A DNA stretch of 63,021 nt, counting the filler, from Rhabdomonas costata (lineage: Eukaryota), in assembly GCA_019059605.1 (NCBI GenBank). It is 37 parts of 37 records of this genome, joined end to end, with 100 filler letters (N's around TTAATTAATTAA, not from the genome) between each part and the next. Parts side by side here need not be neighbours in the genome. Positions count along the whole stretch, not along the records: positions 39,252 to 40,857 come from JAHMHO010012135.1; positions 40,958 to 42,563 come from JAHMHO010012136.1; positions 42,664 to 44,269 come from JAHMHO010012137.1; positions 44,370 to 45,975 come from JAHMHO010012138.1; positions 46,076 to 47,681 come from JAHMHO010012139.1; positions 47,782 to 49,386 come from JAHMHO010012140.1; positions 49,487 to 51,094 come from JAHMHO010012141.1; 30 more parts are not named here. One strand, written 5' to 3'. Below the pieces are notes generated by a model. The model saw nothing but the letters and a program-made list of their open reading frames with translations. It was not told the DNA's origin and made no database searches. Made by a program: the position numbers and the translations under genes. Shown piece after piece: positions 39,252 through 50,438 of this stretch (its first letter is position 1; each line of letters opens with the position of its first letter).

Positions 39252-40857
39252 AGAGACATGTTGGAGAGCGGCTCCTCCATTAATCTGTGCGGGATTACCG
39301 CGGCCGAGGAGGCAGAGGCGGAGCAGCCGCCTTGCGCTTTAGAAAGGTTCGCTGATAACTCGACTTGTGAAACAGCACAGTGGTCATAGCCATAGTCCAT
39401 CCCCCTGGAGTTTCTGTTCTTCGTATCTTGTTTTACAGGGGACCGGTAGAGCAACTGAACCTCCACGTCGCGAATTAGGGAATCAGGCCGCTCCACTTGC
39501 CTTATTTCGTTGCAAAAAAAAAGAGCCCTCAGCTTAATTGGGTTAGGGTCGCTCCAACTTAACGGGATTACCAAGGCTAATTGCAATCAATGAGTGGACC
39601 ATCTCAGCCAGGAGGGACCGTTTACCTCGATCAGATCATCGCGCAATCAACGGCCGCTCCGCTGCAAGCGATGCGGCGCATGCAAGGTGAGATGCTTGCC
39701 GCGGAGCAGATGTTTTCCGAGCGCAGCTCAGAGCATCTCATCGAGCAGTTGGCATCCTCATCACAGGAAGACCAGCTCATGAAGCTGAGTGAGAAAGACC
39801 CTCAGTTCCCGGCCTACACAGGCACCACGCATCACTTCCTGCATTGGATCCTGGAGTACCAGTTCAGGAGAGCAACGGAAGCTGCCGGATGCATTGGCCA
39901 TCCAGTAAGCACTCATAGCTTTGGGGAAAATGTCATCTGGCTGTTCTCGAGTGACAAGGAGTTTGAGTCCTGGGAGCTGTTCTGCCAGGAACTCAAGCAC
40001 AAGTTTCTCCAGCACACAAATGAGTGGAGTAGATTGATGACACCGCCCACTGGAGCAGCGCAGTTTTATCCTTCATTGACGCTGAACATGATCAATGGTT
40101 TGGACCCCTACATTCATCGGAAAGTGATGAAACACCAAAAGCCAAGCACCCTCGACCAAGCAGTTGAGCGCGCGTGGGAATCTTTACGCACCACGCAGCC
40201 CCTCTACCACAACCTACGGCTGCCCCGTACGCGCCGTTCGCGTCGCCACCAGTAACTCAAGGGCCGCAACCAATGCAGTTGGACACGGTGAGGCACTAGC
40301 CGCTCGAGTCCACACCAATGTCCTCCAATGTGCGGACGAGGTCGCAATACAACGTTTTTTCGGGAATACATGTCGAGAAAACCTTCGGAAGGAGCTGCTC
40401 TTCTCACGGAGAGGTTGCGCAGGTCTTCAGCGTGCAGCGAGAACGCGAGCCTCGACCTGGAGATTGGCAGAGCTGCAGGAAGAGAGAAGAGCATATGGAT
40501 CGTTGCCTCTCCACCTCCAACTCGCCTGCCTCCTCCAAGAAGTCTCGGAAATCCTCAGCTTCTTCCAGCTCCATCAGACGACACTCAGAAAAGAGAGAGC
40601 GCCCCCATCTTCTAGAAAAAGAGCGGAGCAGAGTAGTTAGAGATAGCAGGGACAATGATCGCCGAGACAGAAGAGAAAGCGACAGAACGCGAGGAGGAGA
40701 GCGCAGGGAGAGCACAGCAGCATTGTTGACATCAGTCACGACACTGTCCACAGATCAATTGGACGTGGCCTCTACCTTTGACGAGGACTGGTCCCATCCA
40801 CCAGCGCCCATGCCTTTGCTCATTCTTTCAGTGACAGTTTGAGCCACCACACAAACC
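39252..40857 (+). mobile_element. 5' part of a Ty3/Gypsy-like LTR retroelement: putative LTR end/PBS and frameshifted gag
   Basis: ORF from ATG 39590 has the retrotransposon-Gag pattern FPAYTG....FLHWI / SWELFCQELKHKFL / INGLDPYIHRKV...PSTLDQAVERA. In another frame it continues GPQPMQLDTV. Upstream, ...CACA-G-TGG at 39376-39383 fits an LTR-end/PBS junction. Confidence 0.8.
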
Positions 40858-40957
40858 NNNNNNNNNNNNNNNNNNNNNNNNNNNNNNNNNNNNNNNNNNN
40901 NTTAATTAATTAANNNNNNNNNNNNNNNNNNNNNNNNNNNNNNNNNNNNNNNNNNNN

Positions 40958-41986
40958 TTCTAGGAAAGGTCTCTGTGAACACCGACTTGGCCTCAGAGTG
41001 TGTGGGGTGTCCTTTGGGCACGTGTTCCAACGGCACCTCATCGCAGTGCGCGGCCTGCCCCGCCGGTGTGCTCTGTTCTGCCGCGCTGGGGCCAGTCCCC
41101 ATATCATTTCTAGATTATAACATGATGGCATGTTGAGCATCCCCACCGCGAGTCGCGCAATGGTTGTGTTCATCAGTTCCTCCTCTTTTTCTGCGTTTGC
41201 ATTCGGCGGTCAGCTCATTGTAAAAGAAGTACCATGGCCAACTTTATCTGCCCAGTTTCTACATACCTCCTCTCCTTCAATCATTTTCAGGCAAAAAAAA
41301 ATCAAAACGTTCCTCCCCCCAACCATGTGCATGTGCGGCAGGAATGTACGGCGCCGTGGCCAATGCCACGGAATGCCTGCCCTGCCCCCCAGACACCATT
41401 GCGGCCTCTGAGGGGATGTGGGCGTGCGTGGCGTGTGACTCCTCGCACCAGCCCAACGGCGATGCCACGGATTGCGTGGCGAAACCCCAGCCCTGGCTGC
41501 CTGCGGCGATCATTGTCCCGATTGTGGTGTGCATGTGTGTGTAATTGCATCACGGCTTCGACGTGACTCCTGAGTTGCCGTATCGGCCAGTGTTGTTGTA
41601 GGTCTATTGAGGGACAAGTGAGGGACAAGATATAGCCCTCCACAGCATGTAAAATTAACCTATTCACTTGTTGTGTATTTGCTTGGGCAGCATACGGCAC
41701 CTTCTGACTGTCACCGTGCACCGCGTGATGCTTCGCAAGCAAAGATGTAAATTTGCCGTTGAAAGGCTTCCTTCATCATCCGCTACACCGCAGCTTTCAA
41801 ATTCTAACGTGTTTTGGACGGTTCGCCATTGTGTGAATGATTGTTTTCACATCGCCGGCAGTCGAAATAGTATCAAATAAAAAATAAATATAACTTCTGC
41901 TGTACTCAAACACACTGCTTTTTCCTCTTGCAGATCTTTCTGTGCGCCTTGGGCGTGGTCGTTTGGCTGCTTTTCCTGCGGCACAG
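40958..41986 (+). CDS. Single-pass membrane protein with Cys-rich (GCC2/GCC3, ephrin-receptor-like) repeats
   Basis: Exons ~40958-41065, 41342-41526 and 41934-41986 (GT-AG) read ECVGCPLGTCSNGTSSQCAACPAG|MYGAVANATECLPCPPDT...PAAIIVPIV|IFLCALGVVVWLLFLRHR, ending in a TM helix and a basic stop-transfer segment. Confidence 0.85.
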
Positions 41987-42899
41987 GTTTGTCTGGGCTT
42001 GAGTGTTTTGACGATCTCACAGTGCCCTGTTCTTGGCCGTTATTGCGTTTCCCAGAGTAGCGTCAGGCACAGTTCGGGAGATGGCCACCTGTGATCAAGT
42101 TCGAGGCCGGAGAGAATCCATTTAAGTAGCTGACTTCTTTGGGTGTCTCTTGAAGCATTGACGGAATTGACGGAAAGCATTTCCATGCGATACCGACGAA
42201 CGCCGTTGAAGGCGGACATCGGTTTACGTGCTTCGGTTTGACATTTATCGCGGACTGGGATTCGCCCCAAGAATAATTCTGTCCTTCTTTTGGCTAAAGC
42301 CAAGCAAGAAATGAGTGCCCACCACCAATAATGACCAGCATGAAAGACAAAGATAAGGCAAAAAACAGTTCTTTTTTCATATACCGCCCCACGGTCGCTT
42401 AACGGCTTTATACCGTTCAACGCCCCCCCCCCTCAAAAATTTACCAGATTGCGAACTGAGGGTGGATTCGCCTACACCCCCGAACGCAGAGTTTGCCCTT
42501 TCTCTGTCGTTCTCCTCGCACAACCTTCACCTCCTTTTTGCAAGTGTACCATTGGTTTTTGTCNNNNNNNNNNNNNNNNNNNNNNNNNNNNNNNNNNNNN
42601 NNNNNNNTTAATTAATTAANNNNNNNNNNNNNNNNNNNNNNNNNNNNNNNNNNNNNNNNNNNNAGTTTTTTGTTGCATCCGTACTTGTGACATTTTGTGC
42701 TCCTGTTGGATTCACGTTGTGCACCCACGATAGGTGCTTTATGCCGGACCTAGGACAGTGTGCTGTTTGTTTGATAACATAAAAAAACGTAACCAGGGAT
42801 GACACTTTTCACAATCCATGGCCCTGCAGAGAGAACTGTTCAGCCCCAACAGCAGGCCTCCATCAGACTGATCTCCATTTGTGCCACCGAACCCGCAAC

Positions 42900-44077
42900 C
42901 GCATGCCTCGTCCAGTATCGGGGAGGCGCTGGTCTGCAGCACAGCCTGCACGGCGGAGCTGGCGAGGCCGTTCAGAACATCCAGCTGGCAGGCAACTCGG
43001 GGGAAGGGCATTCCCGTGGTGGTGTTGAAGGCCAGAATGGAGCAGTTAGCACCGGAAACCGGGCTCAGCACAGTCACTTTCTCCACCCCATTGAAAAAGT
43101 CCCACAGCAGCCATACCTGCGGGGCGGGGCAGAGGATCGCGCACAATTCCAGATTTGCAGGCCGCAGGCAGAAGACTGCGTCAGTGTGGTTGAGGCACCG
43201 TGAATGAAGAATGGAGATTCACACCTGGTGAGCCACGGAGCCATCGGCCAGATTGGTGATGTTCATCGTCCATGTCACATTGGACCCAGCCACCACCGGT
43301 AAGGCTTCTGTGTGGGAAAGAGGAAGAGCCTGGAAAAAGACAAGGTAACGTGCATTTTGATGTCCTGATTTACGAATTGAAGTAGACATTCCTTGAAAAG
43401 CTCAGTTTTAAACAGAATATTGATGGAGACGATGAAGAGGTGAAAGGAGGTGCCAGATCAGACGTGGCCATGCGCAGAATCCTGACTCCACCAGTTCATT
43501 TTTTTGCAAAACCCCGAAGGAATCACGGGTCCCAGACAACAATTCTTCCCACTGGAATGCAGAACCCGCACACAATTAAATTGCATCGAATCGATTGGGA
43601 CGTCGGGGATTGTGGAAGAGCTGCGCTGCCGCCAACGTGTTTTTTTCGCACCTCAAATGACTAACCGCAACCGCACCCCCGCCGTTGTTGCCAAAAAGCA
43701 CCTGTGGTGTTGAGCACTGCACACGGCACAGGTGAAGTGACCCTAAAGGAGGTCTGCAGTGGTGGTGGGACCCCAAAAGTATTTGTGCTGCCCGCGGTAA
43801 AGTTCAGCTCCAGAATCCCCGCAAACGAGGGTTCCAGAAAGAACGCTACGGGCATGGCCATTGTAGCCCAGCTGTGGGGACCGACTACCCCTCCTTGGGA
43901 TGGGTCCCACGCGCAATACAGCCCCAGCTGGGCTGGGGCTGGCCCAGAGGTGGCCACGCAGTGGTTGAAGCTGGAGAAGGAGGGGTCTCCCCCACTGAGC
44001 ATCCACAACGGGGAACCCACAGAAGTCAGGCTGAGCCACAGCTGAGGCCCCGAGGCGACGGTGCCATTGTTGTAAAC
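42900..44077 (-). CDS. Extracellular protein with DUF11-like Ig-fold repeats, three exons
   Basis: Exons 44077-43702, 43307-43225 and 43116-~42900 read PVVAGSNVTWTMNITNLADGSVAHQ|VWLLWDFFNGVEKVTVLSPVSGANCS...VACQLDVLNGLASSAVQAVL. This matches the DUF11 pattern G..VTYTITVTN.G...A..V...D.LP.G...C...V.C.LG.L..G.S..V. Confidence 0.6.
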
Positions 44078-44539
44078 CTGTCGGCCCACCACACGCCACA
44101 CCCACACACCCACACCGCCAGGAGTAAAGCAAAAAAAAACATTCCATACAGTTGTGAACGGTCGACCCTCCCCCCAACAAAAAATGGTGCAGACCTATGA
44201 CCAAAAAAAAAAGATGAAAGGCTCCTCCTCCTCCTCTGCTCCACTGCCCCCCTATCAAGGAGCTGAGCANNNNNNNNNNNNNNNNNNNNNNNNNNNNNNN
44301 NNNNNNNNNNNNNTTAATTAATTAANNNNNNNNNNNNNNNNNNNNNNNNNNNNNNNNNNNNNNNNNNNNGGGTTTTGGGGACATTTATCGCGGAAACGGT
44401 ACTAAGGTAAGGCTATAGTCGCATTCTAGCGGAATACAGGTAGGTGCGTTCCAAAGCGTGAGAGTGAGTGCAGAGTGCAGGGCATCTCAGCATCGGTATG
44501 AAAGCATATGGCGTTGCGGAGAGGGGGCGGGACGGACAC

Positions 44540-45384
44540 CGTTTCATCAGAATCGCCAGCAGAAGGGTAGTGGTCATCCCACGGATCCGGTCGCCCACTC
44601 CTGTACCCCAAAGGGTAATTCCACAGAAACAAAAGAGGGAGAACATAATGATATGGCTTAAAACATACTTCCAATATATAAAACGCAAAGCGACCACTCC
44701 CAAGCAAAAGTCGTACCACAGTAACAATGTTCGGCAAATTTTTTTTAGGGGGTTGACGACCCAAAAAGGAAAGTGGGCTAAGCCGAAGCAGGCGTAGCAG
44801 GCGTGGGGTCTTTTGTAAATACAGCAGGCCTCCCGAACGGCTGTGTGGCCGGTCCTTGGGGTCAGTTTCAGGTCAGTGTTGGGTAGCACCAATCTGCGGA
44901 GTAGTGCCGGATGCAGGAAATGACCACATTAACAGCAGGCTCGGCATAGAAATCAACGCGCCAACGTCTTCGGGGTTCCCCATCGTATTGGATCAGTGGC
45001 TGCATGGTGGAACCGAAGTTCCCATCATATTAATGTAGCCGAGTTCCGTTTTGCGGCATGTTTGAGTCAAAGTGGTCTATACCTGCGAACGGTACCCTCA
45101 TTGGCAACGGAGTCACAATGCGCAGCACCACACATTCCCTCACGGATCACACCGCGGCAGCGCCTTCTGCAGGTGTAGGTCAGCGTGCCCACTCCTGGGC
45201 CGCGAACTTCCCTAAGGTATTGCCGTACCCCACGAGCCAGCGTGGGGTGGGCCTCACAGGTTGCAGGAAGGATCACTTCACCCTGGAGTGCGCCACAGGC
45301 CCATGGCAGGGTTTGCATCAGCAGGGGCACAGCCATGAGAAGCACTACGGCTCTAAGGCCGAAGTGAGGAAGAGGGCCACTCAT
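44540..45384 (-). CDS. Signal-anchored fucosyltransferase-like glycosyltransferase, first two exons
   Basis: Exons 45384-45129 and 44600-44540. A hydrophobic N-terminus is followed by LTYTC...MCG|GVGDRIRGMTTTLLLAILMKR, matching the GT-B fucosyltransferase start CGG.GDR..G....L.A....R. Confidence 0.7.
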
Positions 45385-46519
45385 TCACGGGGATCCTCTC
45401 ACTGAACTTTCTGCTCTGCAGGCTTAACTGCATAGCAGCGGACACTTGTATCCAAGCTGCACTCAGGCGAGCTGGGTGGTGAAAAAGCAGTGCCACACGA
45501 TTAAGAGCAAGTGAGCTGCGGTCCAATCACAAATCAAAGAGAAAGAAGGAATCACGACTCAGAGAGTACGTTTTGTGAAGAAAAAACAGCAGATTGGGCA
45601 ATTTTAGGATACGGTTACTCGAGTTGCCAAGCGCAGTTGACGGAGCATCTGGCTGATTTAGTATTAACCCATTGGCAGCGGATGACAACGAATACAGGGG
45701 GGGGGGGCGAGCTACATGACAACCAATGATTCAGCAATCCAGAGGTCGCTCGGTCACTCGGAAACTTCATCAGTTCTTCGTCCTCCCTCCACATGGTCAG
45801 TATTATCGTTAAATCTAAATTTGCATTATTTATGAAGGCTTTCAATTTCAGCACGCCAGAGGCCCGCCCAACCTTTTCAAGCTCACTGAATGGGCACGGA
45901 CCAACCCTCTAAGGGGTGTCCAGGTGCACCCAGGGCGAAGTATTCAGAGTGCTTCAGTGGCGAAGAAACACACAANNNNNNNNNNNNNNNNNNNNNNNNN
46001 NNNNNNNNNNNNNNNNNNNTTAATTAATTAANNNNNNNNNNNNNNNNNNNNNNNNNNNNNNNNNNNNNNNNNNNNCCTCAGAGAAGACGTCCCAAATCCC
46101 CCAGCGACAGGAGGGTGCGTCGGTCAGGGAACCCACGTTTTTGAGCGCTCTATGACTGGTTGTGTTTTGGAAGTGGAAGTGGAGGTGCGTGAATAGGGGT
46201 TGGGGTGGGGCCGGGAGGTTGAATATACATATTTATATAGATATTGGAGTTGCCCCTCCTGTCCTGTTTGCGTTTTGGGGGGAGGGGCTGTTTTAGTTCC
46301 TGTTTAGTTTTAAATACTAGATCTCACCAATGGATTTATTCACTCTACCTCTACACTTGTTCATAGGTGCCATTATTATTTTGCTCTGGCTGGTGTTCCT
46401 TCCAACTTTATGCTCCGGGTCCAACTTTCCTCAAAAGCAGCCCAACCTGAACGTGGGAGCTGGCAGTTGGGAGTTGGGGGTGGGTGAGATATGGAGGAGA
46501 AGGGTCCCTCGGCCGACGA

Positions 46520-47103
46520 ACCTGGCGACAATTGCCTCAGCCTCTGCCCCAGCCCATAGCTTTGCCCGTGCAGTCTCCGCTGCTCAGTGAAAGTCAGCCC
46601 AGTTCCCAGCCAGCGCCACTGCTCGCGGCACAACCTTCGGTCGCCCTTTCGGGCACCACTTTTCTACCGTCCCGGCCTCTAGGGATGGTTTCGCAGGCTC
46701 TTCCCTCCTTCATTCCTACGGCGCCCATGAGGTTCGCTGCCCCGGTTACAACGGGGCGATATCCAGGGATGCTCACGCGGGTCCAACAGATCCCGATGCA
46801 GTATCCCGTGATGACTACACCGACAGCCCCAGGCACCCTGGTGCACCAGAGTGTTTCTTTTTCATTTTTGAGTGAGTTGATTTTACACGGAGGCAGATTC
46901 TTGCAAATACAGCCCTATCACGTGCCGTTTAACTTTCAAGGGAGTTGGGCTGCGACTCAGGTTTGCGTTGCAAGTGCAGGGCATGTCTGCTGTGCATCTC
47001 TGCTGTATGAAAGCTGAGTGGGACTGTGCGGACATTCACGTCATTCACGTTTTTTTTTCAGATGCAGTGGACCTCCGGGCAGCGCATCACCACGCTTCGC
47101 TGA
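46520..47103 (+). CDS. C-terminal exons of a Pro/Gln/Ser-rich hypothetical protein
   Basis: QLPQPLPQPIALPVQSP...FNFQGSWAATQ is followed by a GT donor and a TTTTCAG acceptor, then MQWTSGQRITTLR and a stop. Confidence 0.45.
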
Positions 47104-49753
47104 AAATCTGTTTCTTTTTCCCGTTCGCGTTCGGTCAGCTGTAAATTATTTGCTTCTTGGGTTGTTCACTTGATTCTCTCGTCCCCCGTTCCGCCCCTGT
47201 TCCTGTTTGGGCGTATTTTTCTCACGTGTTGTTCAGTCGTTGATAAGTTGCGACGTGAAATCGGGATGCCCGTCCCCTTCTTCACGAACTTGTGAACAAT
47301 GGGATTTATTTCCAGCCCGTTTCTTCTGGAGCCACAGTATAGTTTTGTCTGGGGACGGGGAGGGTGCACATTTCGGTCAAGCCTTTTCTTTAGGTGATTG
47401 GAAGGGTTTTTAGGATGCGATTGGCCTTGGATGTTGCTTCAGTGCATTTCAACGGTGCTGTTGATTCCCTCCAGACCGTAACCCGCTGAAAGAACGCAAC
47501 GGAGTTTTGCCTGGACGCAACCATCGACGGGCGGTTCAGTGAATCTGCCGCAAACGAAAACATAAAAGAACAGTGGAAAAAAAAACAGTGAAAGTATACT
47601 TGGGGGAGGGGGTGCCCGTATAATAGGCTATTTTTTTTTCCACTGTTCTTTTATGTTTTCGTTTGCGGCAGATTCAACAAANNNNNNNNNNNNNNNNNNN
47701 NNNNNNNNNNNNNNNNNNNNNNNNNTTAATTAATTAANNNNNNNNNNNNNNNNNNNNNNNNNNNNNNNNNNNNNNNNNNNNGGGGGGTGTTTGGCACCTC
47801 ATCCGTTTTTTCTACTACTGCGGCCGTTGTGAAGATTGTGTTCTTTTTGGAGAAACATAATGATCCATAAAGCGGAGAGTGACAGTTCCAGCAACTGTTT
47901 GTTGCTTTCAGCGGACGCGGAGCCAGGAATCAGGGCGCCTTGTGTCATGCGTGTGGTCAAATCGTCGAGTTTTGTTTTGTTGGTCTGAAGTAGTTTGTCG
48001 TCATTGCGGATTTTGTTAACGTCGACGAATGGCCTATTGTATCCCTAACGCGCCTTAACTGCGTCGAGCAACGGCAAGGTTGGGATGTCTCCCCATATGT
48101 CGGGGGAAGGGAACAATCCGAACCGGGAAAGCCACACAGAAGAAAGATGCACAAACAACAAAGATGGCAAGCAAAACGGCATTTACAAAAGGAGGAAGGC
48201 GCCAGACCGCATGCGCAGCGCCGCCGCAAAAAAACGATGCAATACGGAATTTGCGCGTGGAAAAGGATGGGTTGTGCCGAAGGGTTCATACCCGTCCTCC
48301 GTGTATTTTCGCCCAATTTTTCGCATACAATGCATCGATTGCGTTTTGGTTATTTTTGCCCTTTTGGGGGCCTCCGTTGCTCAAAACGCCAATCCGCAAA
48401 ATTGCGCTGTTATTTTTCTCCAAAAAGAGCCTTGATGGTCGCATAAATCCCAATAAATTAAAGAATTAGCACATCGCGGTCGGCAGCGGGGGCCCGAGCA
48501 CGCAAACAAAGTGCGATTCGTCCGCCGTTTTCGCCTGAGGCGAGAACAAAACGTTACAATTTCCCAGCACACAAAAGACCACCACGGTTTAGGGTTTACC
48601 GGGAATTTGAAAATGAATTGGGTGACCACCCAGAAAAAAGCTTGCACAATGGCGCCGGGGAAAAATTTGAACAAAGAACAACCGCAAAAATGTACCGGTG
48701 GTGACATGTTATTGCGCCGCGCCTATAAAGTGACAAATTGATTTAGTGTGTTTACCTTCAGATCACCAGCAATTTCTAGAAAAGGGAGGTGCGTTTGGAG
48801 GTGCGTTTGCTTCAAGCCAAAAACGGGGTCATCATTTCATGGTTGTATTGTTTCTCAATTGTGGTAAGAATGAAATAATTGGAAAGGGCAGCCAAAGCTT
48901 AAAAAAACGCCACATTACTTGCACACAGCAATTCAAGAACATCAATTTTGATCTTTGCGTTTTATGCGATGATAATTAGGTTTATATGGGGATCGTACTG
49001 CCGCAATCAAACAGAGCTCAATAACGCAACAACGTGAAAAATAACCTCTGAAAAGCACTGAAAAGCTCTGAAACCCACAGGACAATCCGGAACATTTAAC
49101 ATGCAGAGACAGAAAACAGAAGTCGAGTGTGGTTTTTACCGAGTGCTGCCCTGGTGAAAACTCTAAAGCAAGGTGAAAATAAGAAAGACAAAAATAACAA
49201 AATATACTAGGCAAACGTGGTGCCGGGCAGTGTGACCGCATGGTGCTAGATCGAGCAGTGCAGGAGCAGAGTAGGGCCAGGTGAGAGAGACCGATGGCCG
49301 ATAGAGTGACAGTGTGGGAAGACCCCGGGTGAGACAGAGAGTCAGGCCACCGGGGGGTGGCCGCATGGAAGTAGAATGCGTGCACANNNNNNNNNNNNNN
49401 NNNNNNNNNNNNNNNNNNNNNNNNNNNNNNTTAATTAATTAANNNNNNNNNNNNNNNNNNNNNNNNNNNNNNNNNNNNNNNNNNNNGGTGGGTTGGGGTC
49501 TGGTTAGTGGTGGTTTCCGTGGTTGGCATTTTCTGCATCCATTAATGCTGTCGATTCACGGACAGGTACGCGTGATGGCCTTCCGTTAGCACCATGTCGG
49601 ATATTTCGCGCGTTGTCGCGATTCTGTTTCGCTGGGACGGATGCTGGTGAGCATTGGTGTGTGCGTTCATGAGTTGGTATGTGTGCGCATGCGCCGGTTC
49701 TTTACTCAGGCTTTGGCTCAGACCAAGCAAAGGCTGCCCCATGTCTTTGCCAG

Positions 49754-50438
49754 CTATCAGGGCAGAACTCCAGGGCGGCTGTTCCGCCAGGAGAGGTCCT
49801 TCCACACACATACTCAACCCGGAGGCCACATTTATTCGCTCCCTGTGGTTTAAAGGTGTTTTGAGTATTTGAAAATACTCGAAAAAAAAAAAGGGGGGGG
49901 GTTAAAATGGACAGTAATTCTGTGTCTCGTTACCCCCTTCTCCCGCCGGTAAAATGTTGGTCCCGAAAAAGTGCAGGGTCGGGAGGGACATACTACCACC
50001 ATAATTTCCGATCCAACATGACCATACGGGGGCAGGAGGGTCGAATTTTGGTGAAAAATGCCCAAGCAAAATGGGTCAGAAATGGGCCAAAAACAGGCGA
50101 GAAACGATCCTAAAATGTGGCCCAGGCGACATTGTCGGCGGAAGTGGAGTATTTTCAAAACGCTTCATGCGAACTAATCATTATCGGAGGGAACAGTACC
50201 AGAGAAGTGTTTGCACGGGAGAAGAGGAATTATTGTCCATTTTTTCCATAGTGATGGCCCCTTTTTAAATCGAGTTTTGTATATTTCTTCTTCTTTGCCC
50301 ACAATGATTTGTCGTTTCCCTCTGAAAAACAGTGAATTTCAATGCCAAAGTGTTTCCTTGAATACCCTGAATGATCGCTCTCTCATTTCGTTCTGTCTCC
50401 ATTTTGCAGGCAACAGCGATACGCTGAGCTGCGAGAGC
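49754..50438 (+). CDS. Two short in-phase exons of a hypothetical protein
   Basis: 49754-49795 and 50410-50438 have clean AG/GT sites and read YQGRTPGRLFRQER|QQRYAELRE. Confidence 0.3.
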
